A stretch of 64,000 nt of DNA, from positions 32,001 to 96,000 of the IMG/VR virus record IMGVR_UViG_3300013121_000029. One strand, given 5' to 3'. The notes below the pieces were generated by a model. It ran no database searches. It saw only the letters and a list, made by a program, of their open reading frames with translations, and was not told the DNA's origin. Both the position numbers and the translations under genes were made by a program. Origin of the DNA: a virus (Duplodnaviria > Caudoviricetes). Shown piece by piece: positions 58,394 to 64,000 of this stretch (positions are counted from its first letter, which is position 1; each line of letters opens with the position of its first letter).

Positions 58394-58884
58394 AACTTAG
58401 TGATATAGTTGATAATAAACGAAAAACAATTATCTCTACTCTCGAAGCATTTGGTATCGATTGCAGTGATATTGATGAACAAGTGGATCGTGGTATGACT
58501 CCATATAATTGTGTATATGAACCACATTGGGATAAGATTAAACCGTGGGCGCATGTTCTTGCTGTATATAGTGTTGAATTACACGATCCTTCGGGCCTTA
58601 TTCATAGTTGTTTTACAGAACATTTTTCTGCATATCACATGGCTATCTTATATGATCGTATGTTTATTAATAAAAAACGAAGCGGTGTAGCAGAAAACAC
58701 TGTTGATGAATTTTTTGGTTTGACCTCTTTGTTTCATCCAAGCGATCATACTTATGATAAAGAAGTTAAGAAATTTAAACAATCTGTTGGAAACAGTACT
58801 AATAATAAACGATTCATTTTAATACAAGATCAAGAAGCAATTTCTTTTATTGCTTTCTATACAAAATACACAGAGGCTTTATGA
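58390..58884 (+). CDS. Paralog array member 4
   Basis: MKLSDIV; LEAFGI / WDKIKP / NSTNNKRF. Confidence 0.6.
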   Translation: MKLSDIVDNKRKTIISTLEAFGIDCSDIDEQVDRGMTPYNCVYEPHWDKIKPWAHVLAVYSVELHDPSGLIHSCFTEHFSAYHMAILYDRMFINKKRSGVAENTVDEFFGLTSLFHPSDHTYDKEVKKFKQSVGNSTNNKRFILIQDQEAISFIAFYTKYTEAL

Positions 58885-59309
58885 AAATATCAGATGTCAT
58901 TAATAAACACTATCAAGAACAAGAAGATTGGAAGAAAGTACTAGAATTGCTTGACACGTATGATTTTTCATTGAACGATCTTGCCCATTTAGATGCTCAA
59001 GGTAAGAAAGATTTTATTGATATAATGAAAACAAACAAACAAGCGTTCAATATTGTGGCTACGCTTTATGTGTCTGAGACCAGAGCAATAATAAGAACGT
59101 CTTCATTATCACCGTATTACATAACACGTGGTGCCGGTTGGAGCGAATATATGGAAGACGAAATGATGAACCTTATTCAACTCAAACAAACCCCATTACA
59201 GGCTGAAGCACGAGAATTTTTTGAATATATACACAAATTCAAAAACATTAAAATATTTGCATCAGGTATAAGTGGAGATTTGTTTATTAAAGCAGTTAAG
59301 GTGAAATAA
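58881..59309 (+). CDS. Paralog array member 5
   Basis: MKISDVI; LDTYDF / FNIVA / KFKNIKIF / AVKVK. Confidence 0.7.
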   Translation: MKISDVINKHYQEQEDWKKVLELLDTYDFSLNDLAHLDAQGKKDFIDIMKTNKQAFNIVATLYVSETRAIIRTSSLSPYYITRGAGWSEYMEDEMMNLIQLKQTPLQAEAREFFEYIHKFKNIKIFASGISGDLFIKAVKVK

Positions 59310-59749
59310 TGAAATTACAAGAGTTATTAGAAAGCAAACAATACACCAAAGAACAAGTATTACAACTATTAGATACATATGGGTTTGGGGATATTACAGT
59401 GATGTTTAATAATCAAGCAATTGATAATATGGTTGAAAACTTCGATAAATGTCTTCCTTTTATTAATTGTGTGGGAACATTATCATTGCGGCAGTATTCT
59501 GTTGAAAGAGAATTTGATACTCTTAATCCTTTTTATCTCTACAGATGTCCTTATTATACAGAAATGACTCTAGAAGAAGCAAAAATTGTAGTTGATAATA
59601 GAAAGTATGCAAATGATAGAAATTATGAATTAATTGCTGAGTTTTTTAATCGTGTGCAAAAGATTACAAATGTACGTTTTAGGGTAAACACTAATCTTCC
59701 TACACAAGTTATATATGCATACAAACCCAAAACGATAAATATGAGATAA
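59309..59749 (+). CDS. Paralog array member 6
   Basis: MKLQELLE; LDTYGF / INCVG / KITNVRF / AYK. Confidence 0.7.
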   Translation: MKLQELLESKQYTKEQVLQLLDTYGFGDITVMFNNQAIDNMVENFDKCLPFINCVGTLSLRQYSVEREFDTLNPFYLYRCPYYTEMTLEEAKIVVDNRKYANDRNYELIAEFFNRVQKITNVRFRVNTNLPTQVIYAYKPKTINMR

Positions 59750-59764
59750 AAGAGGAATTAAAAA

Positions 59765-60223
59765 ATGAAAGTGCAGGAAATTTTTGAAAGTGAGCAGCGT
59801 GAAGGACCTTCTGATCAGTACATTATTAATGTACTCGAAACATATGGTTATAATGTAAATAATCCTCAAGCAGATATATTAAATTATTTAGCAGTGTGGT
59901 GGGATGAGTGTAAGTTGTTATTGAATTGTGTGGGATTTGTACACTTTGACGAATCTGATAACATAATCATATCAGAGTTGGGCAATGATGAGAAATCATT
60001 ATCACAAGCAAAATTAATGCACTTCTTAGATATTACCAACCACGATTGTACACTTGAAGAAGCATTAGAGCACTTCAATAATGAAGTACAACAGGCTACA
60101 GATAAACATGGATTGGAACAATTTGTAAATTATGTTAAGAAAATATCTAACACAAAGTTTTATTATTACCATAATAGCACAGGATGTTTCGTTTATTGTA
60201 TTAAGTTACCAAAAGGCAAATAA
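59765..60223 (+). CDS. Paralog array member 7
   Basis: MKVQEIFE; LETYGY / LNCVG / KISNTKFY; late promoter 59735-59741. Confidence 0.7.
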   Translation: MKVQEIFESEQREGPSDQYIINVLETYGYNVNNPQADILNYLAVWWDECKLLLNCVGFVHFDESDNIIISELGNDEKSLSQAKLMHFLDITNHDCTLEEALEHFNNEVQQATDKHGLEQFVNYVKKISNTKFYYYHNSTGCFVYCIKLPKGK

Positions 60224-60801
60224 TGAAACTCAATGACCTAATTATTGAAAGCACTGTAAAAACAGTTGATGAAGTAATTGCAGTCCTTGATATGTATGAT
60301 ATCGAAAGAGGTAGTGTATCAGACCAAGATTTAGAAACAGCTGGTCGTAATTGGGATACGTTAAAAGAAGCATTAAATACAGTACTTGTATGTTATATTG
60401 CTGCAGATCCAAAATCGGGCAATGTAACTACAGAATTAAAAACAGATTTAAAGTTTATCCACATTAATGGTGTTAGAAAAATTATGAACACAACGCCTCC
60501 AATGAACGATCCTGCTGCGTGGTTAAATTCACATATTGCAGATGATAATTTATCTCACCAACAAAAGCATACAATTTCTAAGTTTTTTCCGACGTTTTGG
60601 GATGCAGTTAAAAAATACAAAGCTGTACATTTTTATGCTGGTAAGTTTGGAGCGGGTAAATATGTAATATGGGTAGTACAAGTACCAAAAGATAATACTC
60701 GTATAGAACAATTAATTAAACAAAAGAAGTTAGAAGATGAAATTAGAAGATCTGCAATTAAAAGAAAACTCCACGCTTACAAAAAACCAGCCTCTGATTG
60801 A
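60223..60801 (+). CDS. Paralog array member 8
   Basis: MKLNDLIIE; LDMYDI / LNTVL / KYKAVHFY. Confidence 0.65.
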   Translation: MKLNDLIIESTVKTVDEVIAVLDMYDIERGSVSDQDLETAGRNWDTLKEALNTVLVCYIAADPKSGNVTTELKTDLKFIHINGVRKIMNTTPPMNDPAAWLNSHIADDNLSHQQKHTISKFFPTFWDAVKKYKAVHFYAGKFGAGKYVIWVVQVPKDNTRIEQLIKQKKLEDEIRRSAIKRKLHAYKKPASD

Positions 60802-61246
60802 TTCTGAGTACATTAAACGTACGTTAGAGGCATATGATTTTGATGTTTCTGATATTGACAGAAGCACTATGTTTTTTCTTCAACGAATGTTTAATTATAT
60901 GAAGCCTGTGCTTGGATTTGTTGCAGTATTTGAATACAATCAAAGTCGTGGAAATGTAAAAATTACAACCAATAATTTTAATGTATCATGGCTTACTCAT
61001 GCAGAACATATTGCAAGAGATAATTGGGATGGATTACATTTACGTGAAGTTAATATGTGGATGTCGTCCTTAATAGAGAATCCACAAGTTAATCGAAATA
61101 GTGTTGTTGCAAATTTACAATTATTTGAACAATTTATTATCGATACACAACAAATATCAAATGTAAAATATTTTACCTCTTACGTCGACGGAACAGGAAA
61201 AAATTTCATCATATATGCAATTAAAATAAAGGATATTCCATCATGA
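60737..61246 (+). CDS. Paralog array member 9
   Basis: MKLEDLQLKE; LEAYDF / LGFVA / QISNVKYF / AIKIK. Confidence 0.7.
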   Translation: MKLEDLQLKENSTLTKNQPLIDSEYIKRTLEAYDFDVSDIDRSTMFFLQRMFNYMKPVLGFVAVFEYNQSRGNVKITTNNFNVSWLTHAEHIARDNWDGLHLREVNMWMSSLIENPQVNRNSVVANLQLFEQFIIDTQQISNVKYFTSYVDGTGKNFIIYAIKIKDIPS

Positions 61247-62112
61247 AATTTATACAATCCCTTTTAAAAGAATATGATGAACATACTTCCTATAACGATC
61301 ATTTAACCTCACAACATATGCAACATTTAGTAGCATATGTTAAAAATTATATTAAAGGAAATGTTAATATAAGAGTTGTTGCTGATGCTGCATATCAAGT
61401 ATTAACTACTTTGCCTACTTCTTTAAATACAATTACTAAACAATATAATGCTAAAGATTTACATGGTGTTAGTCAATCTGAAGAATACAAAAAAGCTAAT
61501 CAGCAATATAAACAAAATATCGAACAAATTATCCAATATATTACAAAATCTGATAAATGGGACAAGAGTATAACATATAATTCAGGATCTTGGGCTCATT
61601 TTGTTAAAAAAGGTAATAAACCAAACTCCGATAAGACATATAAATGGTATGGTACGATTAAGGACAGATCGTCAGATGCTATTAAAATAATTGCTAATAT
61701 GTTATATGATTTAGACAAGGTTGATTTTATGTATCAAGTACAATTAAAAGTACCTGGTAGTTATATGTCTTATCTTAGTCATCCTGATTCTATTGTGATC
61801 CATTATAGAGGACCCGAAGATAAAGAAAAACTTGTTCCTGTCATTCAGAAATATAAGAAATATTTTGGTGACCGTGAGAAACTTGGACGACAAGATTTTG
61901 GAGTAGACGACAAGTCATTTAGAATGGATAGTGAAGATCGTGGGGATGATAATTCTGATAGTATGATCGTAGCAAAGAAATTCGCTCAAACAATATCTAA
62001 AAATGCTGACCAAATAAAGCAAATATATTCTAAAAATAATGAGCAAGAAATAGCTAAACAATTACTATCCATCTTGCTCAAAATATCCAAAGAATCCTCA
62101 CATCGACAATAA
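61243..62112 (+). CDS. Hypothetical protein, MKFIQSLLKE leader
   Basis: 289-aa ORF coupled to the array. Confidence 0.6.
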   Translation: MKFIQSLLKEYDEHTSYNDHLTSQHMQHLVAYVKNYIKGNVNIRVVADAAYQVLTTLPTSLNTITKQYNAKDLHGVSQSEEYKKANQQYKQNIEQIIQYITKSDKWDKSITYNSGSWAHFVKKGNKPNSDKTYKWYGTIKDRSSDAIKIIANMLYDLDKVDFMYQVQLKVPGSYMSYLSHPDSIVIHYRGPEDKEKLVPVIQKYKKYFGDREKLGRQDFGVDDKSFRMDSEDRGDDNSDSMIVAKKFAQTISKNADQIKQIYSKNNEQEIAKQLLSILLKISKESSHRQ

Positions 62113-62114
62113 TA

Positions 62115-62711
62115 TTAGTGCCACATGTATTCGAGATGATTAATTGCGATACACATATATCGTTTGTCTTCATCTAAAATAAACTGTTCAATGTCTGTGT
62201 GCTTCTTATGAAGCATATCTTGTTCAGGAGTATGTGGTTCGTTAATCTTTGAGATCCAATCTTTTATATCTCCTTTTCCGAAACGAGCATCATGCCATTC
62301 CATGAGTGAATCTTCTTCTTGTTTTTTCAATTTTGGACGTTCAATACGCCAATAATCTGCAACAGATTTCAGAGCTGCAAAAATAGGAGCACGACTTGGT
62401 TCAGACCAATCAGTTTGTGTTGGAGAAAAATCAACAAAATCACATACTTCTTGAAAAAGAGCATGTTTAATGCGTGTGTCAGGATCCCAGTAATTCGGCT
62501 CTAAATCACGAATACGAATAACATTATATTGGTGTTTTGGAATATAGCGATGAGCAAACTTCCACCAAAGACGCATGATTTTAGAATATTGCTTAAAATC
62601 CCACACTTGTTCAATCCACCAATGTTCGACTCTTTCTTTAAGAGACCAATTTTCTGATGGCTCTTTCATTTCTTTCATTCTATAATTGAGTAATTTTTTC
62701 AAACTAGACAT
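62115..62711 (-). CDS. Hypothetical Trp-rich phage protein
   Basis: 198-aa ORF. Confidence 0.55.
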   Translation of the reverse strand: MSSLKKLLNYRMKEMKEPSENWSLKERVEHWWIEQVWDFKQYSKIMRLWWKFAHRYIPKHQYNVIRIRDLEPNYWDPDTRIKHALFQEVCDFVDFSPTQTDWSEPSRAPIFAALKSVADYWRIERPKLKKQEEDSLMEWHDARFGKGDIKDWISKINEPHTPEQDMLHKKHTDIEQFILDEDKRYMCIAINHLEYMWH

Positions 62712-62716
62712 GATAA

Positions 62717-63757
62717 TTAACCTTTTAATTTATTTGGCACTACTTGTTGAGCCATCCAATGATGTTTCACTGTTTGTACGTGATTTGCCCTAACATATTT
62801 TGCAACACTTTTTTTGAACTCCCCATAAGAGAAGCCATCAGCGATCCGGATTACATAACCTTCTTTCGTTTCCCAATCTCTTTTCTCATTATATAGATTA
62901 CGAATGATTTGTTCATCGTAAATTCCATCATATAAAACAGGAACATGAGGTAAATCAAATAATTTAAACCATTCTACAGTTTCATCCCATGGAAGACAAC
63001 GATTCTTCTCATCCCAAATCGAGATTCCATACAAATAACTCTCTAAATTATCATATGCAATAGAATGTTTTGCATATACATTTTCACAAATTATTCTCCA
63101 ATCACAAGGAATATCATGTGCAAATTGAGAATGAATTGCTTTTGCTCTATTTCGTGAAGGATGATTTTTACTGTCAACAGATCTTGCATGATAATAATCA
63201 TTCATTAACGTAGTATTCTCACCATCTAACTTTTCAGTAGCAATGATTCTCTTGCCTTTAAAATTATCTAACCATAAAGTAACTTTGTCATCAGAATGAA
63301 CGCAACCTGACCACGGTAAATGGAAAGTTCTTGGATATTTTACTCTATTAGTAAATCTATCCAATACTTTTCCTTTTGCTAGTATTTTTTGAACACTTTC
63401 ATCAAAAAACAATTCTCCTTTGGTTCTCATTCCGTTTTCAAGAATGTGATTACCCCATTTATCATACAAATGATCTGGATACATATGATCAGGAACAACT
63501 ATGTTAGTAATTCCACATGCTACTCTTACATCTTCTACTGAGATAATTGTCATCTCACATTGTAAGTGATGCTCTTCACAAACGCTCGCTCCATTGTCAA
63601 GGTAATATCCCTGACTTTCACCCCACAATCTTCGTTCTAAGATGTGATGAGCATCGACAGCTGGTTTATCACAAAAAACACAAGTATAGTTATCACGGGC
63701 AAATGTTTGCTCACGAAATTGATCTCTTGTTAATAATTGTGTGTTTTTTGTATTCAT
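62717..63757 (-). CDS. HNH-domain / RNA ligase (Rnl2-like) fusion
   Basis: N-terminal CVFC..DAHHI..NGASVCEEHH; C-terminal KYPRTFHLPWS, TEKLDGEN, EGYVIR, AKYVR. Confidence 0.82.
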   Translation of the reverse strand: MNTKNTQLLTRDQFREQTFARDNYTCVFCDKPAVDAHHILERRLWGESQGYYLDNGASVCEEHHLQCEMTIISVEDVRVACGITNIVVPDHMYPDHLYDKWGNHILENGMRTKGELFFDESVQKILAKGKVLDRFTNRVKYPRTFHLPWSGCVHSDDKVTLWLDNFKGKRIIATEKLDGENTTLMNDYYHARSVDSKNHPSRNRAKAIHSQFAHDIPCDWRIICENVYAKHSIAYDNLESYLYGISIWDEKNRCLPWDETVEWFKLFDLPHVPVLYDGIYDEQIIRNLYNEKRDWETKEGYVIRIADGFSYGEFKKSVAKYVRANHVQTVKHHWMAQQVVPNKLKG

Positions 63758-63760
63758 AAA

Positions 63761-63991
63761 TTATCTTGCCCGTTTACAAGTGCAACTCTCCGACATTGTT
63801 CTTCCCGATGGTGTTGTAAAATATACGACACCTGTATCCTTACATGTTTTACAATCTGGTTCTACTTTTAATTCGTCATGAATTTCTTCTGCGACTTCTG
63901 TAACTGCATCAGCAATGGGTTTTGTTACTACACGAGCAACGTCTGCTGCAACAGCAACAGGAGCAGATACGATATCTACTGTATCTTTCAC
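63761..63991 (-). CDS. Small protein with C-terminal Cys motifs (start may lie outside the window)
   Basis: CKTCKDTG...SCTC. Confidence 0.4.
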   Translation of the reverse strand: MKDTVDIVSAPVAVAADVARVVTKPIADAVTEVAEEIHDELKVEPDCKTCKDTGVVYFTTPSGRTMSESCTCKRAR

Positions 63992-64000
63992 AATACCAAC

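Noticed and set aside
1299-63759. Numerous short antisense or nested ORFs in the track (e.g. 3365-3661, 13253-13609, 27431-27799, 51885-52232, 54537-54893)
   Set aside because: They lie opposite or inside well-supported genes and show no recognisable motifs.

Overview
AT-rich fragment of a large (jumbo-type) lytic phage genome, almost all on the minus strand. A spanin pair and a GH108 endolysin point to a Gram-negative host. Sigma70-type early promoters (TTGAnn-N17-TATAAT) and T4-gp55-like late promoters (ATAAATA) recur throughout. The most notable locus is 28844-31890: a Ro60/Rsr (TROVE-vWA) gene split into two separately translated ORFs by an intron-less HNH endonuclease, preceded by a tandem array of four Y-RNA-like ncRNAs. 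The four RNAs share one scaffold (GUUGCGU..GAG(U/A)UACUUC..CUC) but carry different inserts: a complete circularly permuted tRNA with a GUU anticodon, a minimal Gln-like anticodon hairpin, a two-hairpin insert, and a ~240-nt multibranched domain. The window also has three RNA ligases (one likewise fractured by an HNH gene, one fused to HNH), NAMPT plus NMNAT-Nudix NAD salvage next to alanine dehydrogenase, a ~11 kb sugar-synthesis/glycosyltransferase cluster, two MoxR-AAA/metallopeptidase-vWA pairs, four LRR-like proteins, and a nine-gene paralog array whose members mostly start with a T4-internal-protein-like MKxxELLE leader. All calls come from reading motifs by eye; no searches were run.
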